Under the pieces are notes generated by a model. The model had not been told where the DNA came from. It did not search any database and worked only from the letters and a program-made list of their open reading frames with translations. Both the position numbers and the translations under genes were made by a program. From IMG/VR virus record IMGVR_UViG_3300037883_000032, positions 1 to 53,069 of that record: a stretch of DNA of 53,069 nucleotides. One strand, 5' to 3'. Shown here piece by piece: positions 41,231-50,021 of the stretch; within the stretch, counting starts at the first letter, position 1, and each line of letters opens with the position of its first letter. This stretch comes from a virus (Duplodnaviria > Caudoviricetes).

Positions 41231-41742
41231 AGCTGCTCAAGACCGCCCAGGTCCCGATCGAACAGCTCCAGCCGTACCCCGGCAACCCCCGGAACGGCGA
41301 CGTGGACGCGATCGCTGAGAGCCTCGCCGTGCACGACCAGTACCGCGCGATCGTCGTGTGGGCCGTCAACCCGACGACGCGCGCCGAGCCGATGCAGGTG
41401 CTCGCCGGGAACCACACGTTCCTGGCGGCGCACCAGCTCGAGCGGCCGAAGGTCCTGTGTCACCTGATCGAATGCGACGACGACGAGGCGCGACGGATCT
41501 GCCTCGTCGACAACCGCACGAACGACCTGGCGGGGTACGACAGCCAGCAGCTCGCGGACCTGCTGAAAGACCTCGAGGGTGACTTCTCCGGCACCGGCTG
41601 GGACCAGGACGGCCTGGACCGCCTGCTGAAGCAGATCGCGACGGACGAGGCGCAGCAGCTCGACCCGCAGCAGGAGGCAACGCTGACGTGCCCGAAGTGC
41701 GGGCACGAGGCGCCGTCCGGGAAGTTCAGGCCCGAGAGCTAG
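41227..41742 (+). CDS. ParB/Srx N-terminal domain protein with C-terminal CxxC
   Basis: L.PYPGNPR.GDVDAIAESL...Q.R.IVV...VLAGNH...DNRT; TCPKCG. Confidence 0.85.
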   Translation: MKLLKTAQVPIEQLQPYPGNPRNGDVDAIAESLAVHDQYRAIVVWAVNPTTRAEPMQVLAGNHTFLAAHQLERPKVLCHLIECDDDEARRICLVDNRTNDLAGYDSQQLADLLKDLEGDFSGTGWDQDGLDRLLKQIATDEAQQLDPQQEATLTCPKCGHEAPSGKFRPES

Positions 41743-42056
41743 CGCCGGCGGGCGCGGCGACGGCGGCAGGCCTCGTCCGAGACCTCCTTCGAGATCAGCT
41801 CGCCCCACACGGTTCCGGACAGGCCGTCCTTCGCCTCGGCCGCCTCGATGCCCACTCCGAGCAGGACGTTGATCGCGAGCCACATCTCCCTGTCGGGGTC
41901 GATCTTGTCTTCGTCGCCGAGGTTCGGGTGCCGGTCGCATTCGTGGTTGTACCGGTCGATGTAGGCGAGCACCCGCCGCCATGTGCCACCGTCGATCTCG
42001 AGGGTGACCTCGTGGCTCTCGCCGAGCCAGCGCCGCATGCGCTCACCGAGATCCAT
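41739..42056 (-). CDS. Hypothetical protein
   Basis: 105 aa. Confidence 0.5.
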   Translation of the reverse strand: MDLGERMRRWLGESHEVTLEIDGGTWRRVLAYIDRYNHECDRHPNLGDEDKIDPDREMWLAINVLLGVGIEAAEAKDGLSGTVWGELISKEVSDEACRRRRARRR

Positions 42057-42318
42057 GCCTGAACTCCCCGCGCTGCTCCATCGCCTGCTGCGCCTTCTCG
42101 GTCGCGCCGGCCGGCATGAAGCCGTGCTCCTCCAGCTCGCGCGTCATGTCGACCTCGGTCGCGCCGTGGTAGATGACGACCTCGACGCCCAACCCGATCG
42201 CGTCCCTGGCGTCGATACGGATCGGCTGCCCCGCGCGCAGGCGCGTGAGGTTCATGTCAGAGAGGCCGAGGAACACGATCGGCTTGCGGCCCTCCGGCTC
42301 GGCGCGGAAGCGGATCAC
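42043..42318 (-). CDS. Conserved phage hypothetical protein
   Basis: LGLS..NL.RL..G.PI...I..G.TE..M motif. Confidence 0.6.
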   Translation of the reverse strand: MIRFRAEPEGRKPIVFLGLSDMNLTRLRAGQPIRIDARDAIGLGVEVVIYHGATEVDMTRELEEHGFMPAGATEKAQQAMEQRGEFRHGSR

Positions 42319-42701
42319 GCCGGCAGCCTGTAGAGGGATTTGGGTCGCGGGTCGCGCGGATCGGGGGTCTCGTGCACGACGCGTTTGCGGACAAGCGAGC
42401 GCATCGTGGTCCCGAGCACGAACCCCTCGGCCTGGTAGCCCGACCACGACTGCGGCCCGTGCGCCTGCCGGCCATGGCGGATCACGGGGGGGAGACGTAT
42501 CCATTCGCCGATCTGCTGCGCGGTCACCCAGCGGCCACCATCGCGGACGGCGCCGTTGTCGAGCATCGCCTGGCACGCTTCGCGCTGGCGCTCCGTGAGC
42601 CGGGTGCCCGTGCCAACGCACTGCTCGCACCGGGCGTAGTTCGTTCGGGCGTGCACGATGGTCATGATGCCCTCGCCGGCGCAGCGCTCACAGTCGGGCA
42701 T
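42315..42701 (-). CDS. CxxCxGxG zinc finger plus winged-helix-like protein
   Basis: CERCAGEG...CEQCVGTG; SLVRKRVV...YRL. Confidence 0.55.
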   Translation of the reverse strand: MPDCERCAGEGIMTIVHARTNYARCEQCVGTGTRLTERQREACQAMLDNGAVRDGGRWVTAQQIGEWIRLPPVIRHGRQAHGPQSWSGYQAEGFVLGTTMRSLVRKRVVHETPDPRDPRPKSLYRLPA

Positions 42702-43012
42702 CAGCCCGGCTCCCGCTGCGCCAGCTCCCAGCCGACCATCAGCGCTTGCGTCGACAGGCCCTTCATCGCCGAGATCACCGCGCCCTTCGGGTCCTCGCCC
42801 TCGGCGATCCGTTCGCCCATGATCGCGTGGAACGTGCTGACGAGCTTCGCGAGGAAGTGATCGACCTCGACCGCGTCGATGTCCATCCCGACGTACACGA
42901 GGCGGTTGCGGGGATCGTCCGGCTCGAGGCTCTCCCCGGTCTCGTCCTGGTCGAGGCCGGCGCGCTGAAGACGCAGCACGACGGCCTGCCAGGCGTCATC
43001 AACGGCGCTCAT
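42701..43012 (-). CDS. Hypothetical protein
   Basis: 103 aa, TGATG coupling. Confidence 0.55.
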   Translation of the reverse strand: MSAVDDAWQAVVLRLQRAGLDQDETGESLEPDDPRNRLVYVGMDIDAVEVDHFLAKLVSTFHAIMGERIAEGEDPKGAVISAMKGLSTQALMVGWELAQREPG

Positions 43013-43018
43013 CGCAAC

Positions 43019-43690
43019 CTACGATGCCTTCACCGTCACTAGGCCCTGTTCGTTGTACTCCTGCACCTTTTCTTCGCCTTCGACCGTCGCCACGGCCAGC
43101 GGCTCGCCCGGTGTGCCCACCGCTTCGAGTTCGCCCGTCGCCGCGCCGCTCCATTCGAGGAAGCTCGGATGCAGTGCGCTTGTGCCGTTGTGCCACACGG
43201 GCCGCAGCGGCACCCCGAAGGATTCGCGGTTCCGCGCCTCCCACGTCGGTTCACGTTCCCTCGGTGTGTGGCACCGTTCGAGCGTATGGCTCGGTCGCAA
43301 CGCTTCGGCGTACGGCTTGCCGCCCGCGAGCTGCCCGAGTTCATACCCAAGCCACGGTTCCGGGAGTTCCATAGACACCCAACCTTTGCACTGGTTGGTG
43401 CCTCCCCCGACCTGTTCACAGTCGTAGCTCGCAGACGCGCCAACCACAAACATCGACCGTTCGGGGTCGTTGCGAATGACGCCCGCGTTGACGTAGCGAC
43501 AGGTAAGTTCACCTTCGATGCCGCTGCTAAACCGCGCTTCCGCCTTGATCGTCTTCGATCCCCACGACACGACCGTCGTCGGTTCGACCATCTTGGCGCC
43601 GTTGACGTACCAGTGCGGCTGCGCCGCCCCAGCGGGCGCCACTCCAAGCGCGGCGATCGCCACGACCGCTGCTGCTATTGCCTTGCGCAT
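43019..43690 (-). CDS. Secreted protein (Sec signal peptide)
   Basis: MRKAIAAAVVAIAALGVAPAGA-AQPHWYVNG; several Cys; lower GC. Confidence 0.7.
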   Translation of the reverse strand: MRKAIAAAVVAIAALGVAPAGAAQPHWYVNGAKMVEPTTVVSWGSKTIKAEARFSSGIEGELTCRYVNAGVIRNDPERSMFVVGASASYDCEQVGGGTNQCKGWVSMELPEPWLGYELGQLAGGKPYAEALRPSHTLERCHTPREREPTWEARNRESFGVPLRPVWHNGTSALHPSFLEWSGAATGELEAVGTPGEPLAVATVEGEEKVQEYNEQGLVTVKAS

Positions 43691-43718
43691 CAGCCCAGCC
43701 TCCTCTTTCGTTGCTTGT

Positions 43719-44411
43719 TCATGACGTGCAGACGATGATGACTTTGGCCTGCACCGCGGTGTTACCGCCCTGTTCCACACTGAAGGCCCAGCCGCCACCC
43801 GGCAGCGGCCGGGATGAGTACCACTCCACGTGAAAGCCTTCACCTTGACCACCACCCGTGAGGCGATTCTTCCCGGTGCCGCAGTAGATGGTCGCAATGG
43901 AGAGCGTGCCGGGGCCGTTCGAGGGCACGCCGTTTTCAGTGAGTTCTTCCTGGCTGCCGAGGGAGCCGGTGACGCCTGTAGCGCCGGTTGCACCCGTGTG
44001 GCCGGTCGGCCCGGGTGGCCCTCCAGGCGTGCCGGATGCGCCAGTGGCTCCCGTTGCGCCCTGTGGTCCTGTCGGGCCGCCCGCGGGACCAGTCGCCCCG
44101 GTCGTGCCCTTTTCGCCGCGTTCACCCGTCGCGCCCGTTGCTCCGGTCGCGCCCGTGACGCCGTTGTAGCCTCGTTGGCCTGTCGGGCCTTCAGGTCCGC
44201 GCGGGCCTCGTTCCCCGGCGACGCCAGTCGTGCCGACGTTCGACGGTCCCTCTTTGCCTTCTCGTCCTTCCGGCCCCGTCGGGCCAGTCGCGCCACGCAG
44301 GACCTGACGCACCGGCGCCTTCGAGTGATGACGCGAGGCGGCGAGCGCCCCGCCCGTCATTGAGAATACAAGCGTCACGATTGCCGCGACGCTCGCATAG
44401 CTGCGTTTCAT
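43719..44411 (-). CDS. Secreted collagen-like protein
   Basis: YASVAAIVTLVFSMTGGALAA signal, long G-X-Y run, C-terminal C..G....GGG...C domain. Confidence 0.85.
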   Translation of the reverse strand: MKRSYASVAAIVTLVFSMTGGALAASRHHSKAPVRQVLRGATGPTGPEGREGKEGPSNVGTTGVAGERGPRGPEGPTGQRGYNGVTGATGATGATGERGEKGTTGATGPAGGPTGPQGATGATGASGTPGGPPGPTGHTGATGATGVTGSLGSQEELTENGVPSNGPGTLSIATIYCGTGKNRLTGGGQGEGFHVEWYSSRPLPGGGWAFSVEQGGNTAVQAKVIIVCTS

Positions 44412-44449
44412 GGTCTGCCTTTCGTTGTGGTGTTGGCGCTTCACGATGT

Positions 44450-44662
44450 TCACGGCTTGCCGTTCCGCAGCGCGCGGTGGACCGTCGCGCGGTGCACGCC
44501 GGCCAGCTCCGCGATCTCCGTCACCGTCAGCTTGCCCTTCTCCTTCGCGTCGCGCGCGATCTTCGCGAGCTGCCCGTTGACTTTCGCCAGCTCACGCTCG
44601 CTGTGCTCGCGTTCCTGACGGTGCTTGCTCAACTTGAAGCGGTACGTGTCTGCCCGGCTCAT
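44450..44662 (-). CDS. HTH DNA-binding protein
   Basis: LTVTEIAELAGVHRATVHRAL. Confidence 0.8.
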   Translation of the reverse strand: MSRADTYRFKLSKHRQEREHSERELAKVNGQLAKIARDAKEKGKLTVTEIAELAGVHRATVHRALRNGKP

Positions 44663-44874
44663 TCTTCTCCTCTCAGCCGTTCGGCTTCGCGGACGGCTTC
44701 GTGCTGCTGGGTCGCTTCGCGTTCGCGCGCTTCGGTGTTCTTCCGTTCGTCGTTGAGCTGCTGGCAGCCTTCGTTGTGCTGGACGCACGCTTCGCTCGCG
44801 GGGGATTCTGACCCGCAGCCTATTGCGCCAGCGGACAGCGAAAGTACGGTGAGGATGATCGCGAGGGCCTTCAC
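44659..44874 (-). CDS. Small lipoprotein
   Basis: MKALAIILTVLSLSAGAIG-C lipobox-like. Confidence 0.6.
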   Translation of the reverse strand: MKALAIILTVLSLSAGAIGCGSESPASEACVQHNEGCQQLNDERKNTEAREREATQQHEAVREAERLRGEE

Positions 44875-45182
44875 GGGTCGACCCTTTCGTAGTTGACGTT
44901 GAAGCTCGTCAGCGGCCTGTTGGGCATGCCGTCGGTGTCACGGACGGGGTGTGTCGGGTCGACCGCGCGCACGTACTCGAGGGCCTCGCGGAAACCGGGG
45001 AAGCGGCGCGCCTTGTCGCGGTCGGGGGTGGTGACCAGGTGCGGGTATTGCCAGCCGAGGGGCGGGCAGCCCTCCGGGACGTGCATGGCGTAGCGGCCCG
45101 GGTCGTACTCGATCAGATAGTGGCCGTCGAGCGCCGTAGCGATCGGGGTGCTGAGGCCCACGAGCTGCACGATGGTGCTCAC
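44871..45182 (-). CDS. Hypothetical protein
   Basis: 103 aa; KA.RF...EA...R.DG.PNRPLT motif. Confidence 0.6.
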   Translation of the reverse strand: MSTIVQLVGLSTPIATALDGHYLIEYDPGRYAMHVPEGCPPLGWQYPHLVTTPDRDKARRFPGFREALEYVRAVDPTHPVRDTDGMPNRPLTSFNVNYERVDP

Positions 45183-45538
45183 GAGATCGCCTGCTCAAGT
45201 CGCTGCTTGCATGCCGGGAGGAACGCCGCCTCGACGCCCTCGGCCCAGGCGGCGCCGAGTTCGTCGTACGCGACGGCGGAGAGCGGCGGCTTGCCCTCGC
45301 CGATGAGGCCCACTGCGTCGCCGACGATGCCCAACTCCTCCGCCAGCTCGCCCTGCTGGATCGTTGGGCGGGCCGGGATCACCTGCGCGCGTTCGCTGCG
45401 CGTCGCGGTCCGGCTGGCGAGGGTGCGCAGCGCGAGCTTCGCCTTCACCGGGTCGGTCGTGGTCCAGGACGCGGCGGCGCGCGCGGATCGTTCGCCGTGC
45501 GCGCGCGCGGCCTCGAGCTGCGCCGGCGTGGCGCTCAT
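45179..45538 (-). CDS. Hypothetical protein
   Basis: 119 aa, ATGA coupling. Confidence 0.5.
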   Translation of the reverse strand: MSATPAQLEAARAHGERSARAAASWTTTDPVKAKLALRTLASRTATRSERAQVIPARPTIQQGELAEELGIVGDAVGLIGEGKPPLSAVAYDELGAAWAEGVEAAFLPACKQRLEQAIS

Positions 45539-45741
45539 GCCTTCGCTCCGCGGTCGTGGTCGCGCTCGTCGAACTCTCGCTCGGCCAGCTCGCCGAGGTC
45601 CTCGAGGGCGCCCGCGTAGTAGGGCTTCAGCATGGTGCCGACCGGGTTGGCGAGCTTCATGAGCACGTCCAGCTCGTGCTCGGTCAGCTTCGCGAGCGGG
45701 CGCTCGACGGCGTGCCGGCGGGTGATCTCGGCCGCGTTCAC
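45535..45741 (-). CDS. Hypothetical protein
   Basis: 68 aa, GTGA coupling. Confidence 0.5.
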   Translation of the reverse strand: MNAAEITRRHAVERPLAKLTEHELDVLMKLANPVGTMLKPYYAGALEDLGELAEREFDERDHDRGAKA

Positions 45742-46100
45742 GGCGCGCTCCAGAAGCGGTCGACGCACAGCGGCGTGATGTCGATGCCACTGTCGAGCAC
45801 GTACACGCGGGCGAGGCCCTGCGCGTAGCTACCCTGGATGCCGTAGAGCGAGTAGTGCGCCATTCCCTCCGGCGGGTCGGGCACGTCAACGAGACCGTCG
45901 ATCGCGACGCCGGAGACCTTCGGAATCTTGAGCTGCTCGATGCAGGCTTTGATGCCGAGTGCGGGCATCATCGCGAGCTGCTCCGGTGGCGGTGACTGCC
46001 AGGTCAGCTCGGCGATCTGCTGCTCGATCTGCTCGCGGTATGGCGCGAACTCCTCGCCGATGTTGAGCCAGTCGCGCTCGGGCGCGATGGTCGTGGTCAT
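45738..46100 (-). CDS. Hypothetical protein
   Basis: 120 aa; ACCGAAGGAGGC motif upstream. Confidence 0.6.
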   Translation of the reverse strand: MTTTIAPERDWLNIGEEFAPYREQIEQQIAELTWQSPPPEQLAMMPALGIKACIEQLKIPKVSGVAIDGLVDVPDPPEGMAHYSLYGIQGSYAQGLARVYVLDSGIDITPLCVDRFWSAP

Positions 46101-46774
46101 GCTTCGCCTCCTTCGGTCGGGCACTGGACGCAGCGCGCGCCGGCGGCGCGGGTGTACCGGATCGCCTGGCCGCGCTCGAGCGCGGCGCCGCAGTCAGCGC
46201 ACGCGCCGGCGAACCGCGCCGTGATGATCCGATCGACCGGGCCGCTGACCTGCTCGCGCTGAAGCTGCTCCAGGCGCTTGCGCTGCCGGCTGATGTTCCC
46301 CGACAGGTTCGTCAGCACGTAGCCGCTGTAGGGCTGCGCCTGGTCGCGCTCGTACGCGGTCATGGTCTTCAGCTCGGCGCGGTGCTCCTTCCGGTAGGCC
46401 GCGTTCGCCGCCTTGACCTGCTCGCGCTGAGCCTCGAGGGCCGCGATCTTCGCGGTCAGTTTCTCGACCGCGTCGGGGTCGTCGCTGTAGATCGCGCGGT
46501 CGGCTGCTGCCTCGATGTGGTCCGCGCGTGAGCGCATGCTCGCCGCCTTGTTGGCGTGCTCGAAGCCCTGCTCGGCGTGCGCGATCATGCGGTCGCGGTC
46601 GCGTTCCGCGCGGCGCTGCGAGTGGTGGCCGGCGAGGATCGGCTGGCCGAACGGGATCAGCGCGCGGAGCTGGTCGTCGGCGTGGTGCGCCTGGTCGGCC
46701 TTGATCTCGCGGCCGTCAGCCCAGCCGCGCAACCGGTCGGCCTTCGCCAGCCTGCGCTCGCGGTAGGTGGTCAC
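46097..46774 (-). CDS. DUF3560-like protein
   Basis: IPFGQPIL.GHHS.RR..RDR, SDDPDA.EKL..K...LE, Y.L.N...NI.R...RL. Confidence 0.8.
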   Translation of the reverse strand: MTTYRERRLAKADRLRGWADGREIKADQAHHADDQLRALIPFGQPILAGHHSQRRAERDRDRMIAHAEQGFEHANKAASMRSRADHIEAAADRAIYSDDPDAVEKLTAKIAALEAQREQVKAANAAYRKEHRAELKTMTAYERDQAQPYSGYVLTNLSGNISRQRKRLEQLQREQVSGPVDRIITARFAGACADCGAALERGQAIRYTRAAGARCVQCPTEGGEA

Positions 46775-46794
46775 TGTGCCTCCCTCGGTGGTGG

Positions 46795-46995
46795 TCATGC
46801 TGCCACGTCCAGGTTCCACGCGACCGTCTTTTCCTCGAACTGGAGGACGGTCGCGCTCGACTTGAAGGCGGGCAACTCGAGCGACACGCGCTCGAAGTGG
46901 ACCCGTCCGCCAGCGATCTTCGTGATGCGGACCTCGTTAACGCCCACGAGCTGCGACATTTTCAAGATCTGGCCGACGTGGTGGCTGCTGGTCAT
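46795..46995 (-). CDS. Hypothetical protein, leaderless
   Basis: 66 aa; ATG 6 nt after TACACT. Confidence 0.5.
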   Translation of the reverse strand: MTSSHHVGQILKMSQLVGVNEVRITKIAGGRVHFERVSLELPAFKSSATVLQFEEKTVAWNLDVAA

Positions 46996-47387
46996 AGACA
47001 TAGTGTAGCAGCTTGCGACACTCTGCGGGACCGGTCGAACTCCTGCTGGGCAGCGATCTCCGCGTCGAGTGCCGCGACCGCCCGGAGCCTCGGCTCCTCG
47101 GTCAGCATGATGGAGTCCGGCCCGTTGTAAACGACCAGCGTGCCATCGCTGTAACGATGCACGGCGTACAGGTTGACCCCCGCAGTGTCTTCGTTGAGCA
47201 GCCGCGTGATGCGGCCCCACACGACCTTCCGAAGCGCGCGCGAGTCGCTGTAGTCGTCGGCATTGTAGAGCCGGGTCGCCAGCCAGTATGAGCTGTCGGC
47301 CCACGAGAGTGCGACGATCACGGCTCCCGGCTCGGTAAGCGCCGGCCGGGCCGTGTCTGCGATGCGCTGAATCCAGTCAGCGTTCAT
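46992..47387 (-). CDS. Hypothetical protein
   Basis: 131 aa, TGATG coupling. Confidence 0.55.
   Translation of the reverse strand: MNADWIQRIADTARPALTEPGAVIVALSWADSSYWLATRLYNADDYSDSRALRKVVWGRITRLLNEDTAGVNLYAVHRYSDGTLVVYNGPDSIMLTEEPRLRAVAALDAEIAAQQEFDRSRRVSQAATLCL
47002..47022 (-). promoter_or_regulatory. TGTCGCA-N3-TGC-TACACT promoter/operator motif
   Basis: Near-palindrome AGTGTAGCA-GCT-TGCGACACT; related copies at 11496, 29108, 40347, 47724, 48757. Confidence 0.65.
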
Positions 47388-47686
47388 CAGCCGGCCTGCA
47401 CGATCTTGCGGCTGACGGAGTCCAGCCAGCCGTGGAAGGCCCGGAACGCGACACCGGCCCGCAGCTCCCACCGCTCGCAGTAGACCTCGCCGGCGACCTC
47501 GCCGTCGTGCCACTGGGCGATGTAGCTCTTGCCGTCGCCGGTGGCGACGATCTCCTGGACGGCGGCGGTACCCGCGAGCACGTCGGCCACGGGCACCTTG
47601 CCGTACGAGAGCTGATTCACGATCAGGGCCTCCCCGTACTCCGTCGACGGGAACTGGTCCCGGCACTTCAGAGCGGAGAGATCCAT
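47387..47686 (-). CDS. Hypothetical early protein
   Basis: 99 aa; ACCGAAGGAGGC motif and promoter motif upstream. Confidence 0.65.
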   Translation of the reverse strand: MDLSALKCRDQFPSTEYGEALIVNQLSYGKVPVADVLAGTAAVQEIVATGDGKSYIAQWHDGEVAGEVYCERWELRAGVAFRAFHGWLDSVSRKIVQAG

Positions 47687-47723
47687 GTGGTGTCTGCCTC
47701 CTTCGGTCGCGTGGTGTCCTTGA

Positions 47724-47742
47724 AGTGTAGCACGCTGCGACA
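47724..47742 (-). promoter_or_regulatory. TGTCGCAGCGTGCTACACT promoter/operator motif
   Basis: Extended -10 TGC-TACACT within the palindromic motif. Confidence 0.65.
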
Positions 47743-47744
47743 GC

Positions 47745-47987
47745 TTATGCGTCGCGCTCCCACGCAGTCGTGTACCCGACGAGTTTCCCCCACTGGTTCC
47801 ACAGGCGCCGCTCGACCTTCGTGACCTGCGAGACCAGCAGCGACCGGTCGTCTAGCCACCAGTCCGGTGACGGCCCGGGCAGCGAGCTGCGTCTGAGCCG
47901 GCCGAGTTTCGCTACGCCCTCGACCGTGACCCTTACCTGCTGGCCTTGCAGGCGGGCGAGCGTCGCGAGCAACTCGGGGTCAATCAC
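47745..47987 (-). CDS. Hypothetical protein
   Basis: 80 aa, GTGA coupling. Confidence 0.5.
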   Translation of the reverse strand: MIDPELLATLARLQGQQVRVTVEGVAKLGRLRRSSLPGPSPDWWLDDRSLLVSQVTKVERRLWNQWGKLVGYTTAWERDA

Positions 47988-48328
47988 TCGAAGCTCTCCC
48001 CGTATATCGCGGCGAGCACGTCCTGCGCCGACGCGCGCGACGGCCCGAGCCGCGTGACGAACACGTCGAGCGCGTTGTCCGGTCCGGTGGTGCCCGGACG
48101 GATGCCGGTCCCACCACAGCGCTTGCAGTCGGGACGAGCCTCCTCGGTGCAGTTGCAGTAGTCGTCGGGCGGATCCTCGTAGGTTTCCGCGAGCCGTCTG
48201 ATCGTCGCGGCGCGCTGCTCGGCCCTCTCGCGAGTGCGGAACGGGCCGACCGCGACCTGTTCCTGCCACTCGACGAGAGGGGCCAGGTCCATCCCCGAGC
48301 GCTGGAGCACGACGACGTAGCGGCTCAT
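47984..48328 (-). CDS. Hypothetical protein with CxC...CxxCxGxG
   Basis: 114 aa, TGATG coupling. Confidence 0.55.
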   Translation of the reverse strand: MSRYVVVLQRSGMDLAPLVEWQEQVAVGPFRTRERAEQRAATIRRLAETYEDPPDDYCNCTEEARPDCKRCGGTGIRPGTTGPDNALDVFVTRLGPSRASAQDVLAAIYGESFE

Positions 48329-48555
48329 CAGGCCTCCTCGTCGAACCGTTTCCAGAGGGCGTCCTTCACCGCGATGCGCTTGCACGCGCTGTCGTCGTCC
48401 GTCAGGCCCTTCAGGTCGCGCAGCGCCCGGTGGAGATCCTCCCGGGACGCGGCGAGGTACGCCCACTGCGCGGCCATATTGATTTCCAGCAGCCGGATGT
48501 CCTTCCGGGGCCGGCGTGGCTCGCGCGGGCGAGCTGGCGGGCGAACGCGCGACAT
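48328..48555 (-). CDS. Hypothetical protein
   Basis: 75 aa, coupled. Confidence 0.5.
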   Translation of the reverse strand: MSRVRPPARPREPRRPRKDIRLLEINMAAQWAYLAASREDLHRALRDLKGLTDDDSACKRIAVKDALWKRFDEEA

Positions 48556-48722
48556 CACTTGCGGCGCGCCCAGTGCGCTTCGACCTGACACGCCTTCGCC
48601 CATCGGTAGGCGCTTCTGCCGATAGGCCGAACGTGCAGGCGGCCTTTCTCGACGGCTATGACATGGCAGTGCTGCTGGTCGACGCGCGCGATGTCGCCGA
48701 CCTTGATACCGGTGAGCCTCAT
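48555..48722 (-). CDS. Small SH3/KOW-like protein (55 aa)
   Basis: Hand translation MRLTGIKVGDIARVD...; ACCGAAGGAGGC motif and TACACT upstream. Confidence 0.55.
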   Translation of the reverse strand: MRLTGIKVGDIARVDQQHCHVIAVEKGRLHVRPIGRSAYRWAKACQVEAHWARRK

Positions 48723-48776
48723 GGTGGTGTCGCCTCCTTCGGTGTGGTGTGGCGGGAGTGTAGCAGGCGGCGACGG

Positions 48777-50021
48777 TCACGCGTCGAACATCGACGGTGT
48801 CACGCCCGCCAGCCGGCGCTCAGCGAGCCGCACGTACTCGGGGTTCAGCTCGAGGCCGATCCCCCGTCTACCGTTCGCCACGGCGACTTCCAATGTCGTG
48901 CCGGAGCCGGCGAAGGGATCTAGCACGATCCCAACTCCCGAGCCATCGTCGTGATCGCACGCCGACTCGAAGCCCAACGTCTCTGTCGTCGTGCGGTTCC
49001 CGGGATTCTCATATGTTATCTCGACTACTCGCTCCCACGGTGCCCCGCACACGCCGCAGGCCTGGCGGGGGGTACCCGCGAGCACCATCGGCTCGATCAG
49101 CTTCGGCGGGAACGTGGCGAAGTGCGCGTCCGGGTAGGGCTGGGTCGCGATCTCCCACACCGAGCGCTTATTGCGCCCCCGGCCTTGGCGGCCATCCGCG
49201 CGTCGGATGCCTCTGTTGGGCGCCATGAGGCCACCGGACGGCTCCGGTCGATCCAGGACGGTACGCACGTGATCGGTGCCCGAGTCGGGCTCCCGGATGG
49301 CCACGGCGTCATAGAAGTAGCGGGCACTCTTGGTGAGCAGGAAGACGTACTCGTGCGCGGTGGTGGGCCGGTCCGTCACGCTCTCCGGCATCGGGTTCGG
49401 CTTGCTCCAGATGATGTCCGAGCGCAGGAACCATCCGTCCGAGCGCAGCGCGAGTGCGACCGTCCACGGAATCCCCAGCAAGTCCTTCTCCTTCGCCCAC
49501 GGCCTGACGCGACGTGAGTCGCGATCCTCGGGGATGCCCACGCCCTTCGCGGACCGGCCAAAGTTGCCCTTGCGCGGGCCCGCCGACCGCGCATAGCTGT
49601 CGCCTAGGTTCAGCCAGAGAGTGCCGTCGATGCGGAGGACGCGGCGGACCTCACGGAAGATCTCGACTAGCTTCTCGACGTACTCGGCCGGCGTCTCCTC
49701 AAGCCCGACCTGTTGGTCGATTCGCCGCGCGCCGCACTTGGGGCATTCCCCGCTGTACTGCGGACGGCGGTCAGCGACCTTCTGGCGGATCGCCTCGTCC
49801 GTCAGCCTATTGTCGTAGTCGCCCAGCGTCGAAGCCGCCGTACCCCCGGGCATCGGCGCTAGGTGGTCACAGCTCGCGCTGCCGCTCGTCCACTCGCCAG
49901 TCCCGTAGTCCCGCAGCCCGAAGTAGGGCGGCGAGGTGATGCAGCAATGCACCGACCCATCCGACATCTCGCGGAGCCGCTCGCGCACGTCGCCCTCGAA
50001 GATCTCCCAGGTGCCGCTCAT
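48777..50021 (-). CDS. DNA methyltransferase, N4/N6 beta class
   Basis: ITSPPY (motif IV), LWLNLGDSY, IIWSKPNPMPES..DR, HFATFP, VLDPFAGSGTT (motif I). Confidence 0.93.
   Translation of the reverse strand: MSGTWEIFEGDVRERLREMSDGSVHCCITSPPYFGLRDYGTGEWTSGSASCDHLAPMPGGTAASTLGDYDNRLTDEAIRQKVADRRPQYSGECPKCGARRIDQQVGLEETPAEYVEKLVEIFREVRRVLRIDGTLWLNLGDSYARSAGPRKGNFGRSAKGVGIPEDRDSRRVRPWAKEKDLLGIPWTVALALRSDGWFLRSDIIWSKPNPMPESVTDRPTTAHEYVFLLTKSARYFYDAVAIREPDSGTDHVRTVLDRPEPSGGLMAPNRGIRRADGRQGRGRNKRSVWEIATQPYPDAHFATFPPKLIEPMVLAGTPRQACGVCGAPWERVVEITYENPGNRTTTETLGFESACDHDDGSGVGIVLDPFAGSGTTLEVAVANGRRGIGLELNPEYVRLAERRLAGVTPSMFDA

Noticed and set aside
41227-41742. ParABS partition system implying a plasmid prophage
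   Set aside because: Only a ParB N-terminal domain, of the type common near phage packaging and methylase genes
43950-44300. Collagen repeat as a tail fibre
   Set aside because: Has a signal peptide and lies in the early region, far from the tail genes
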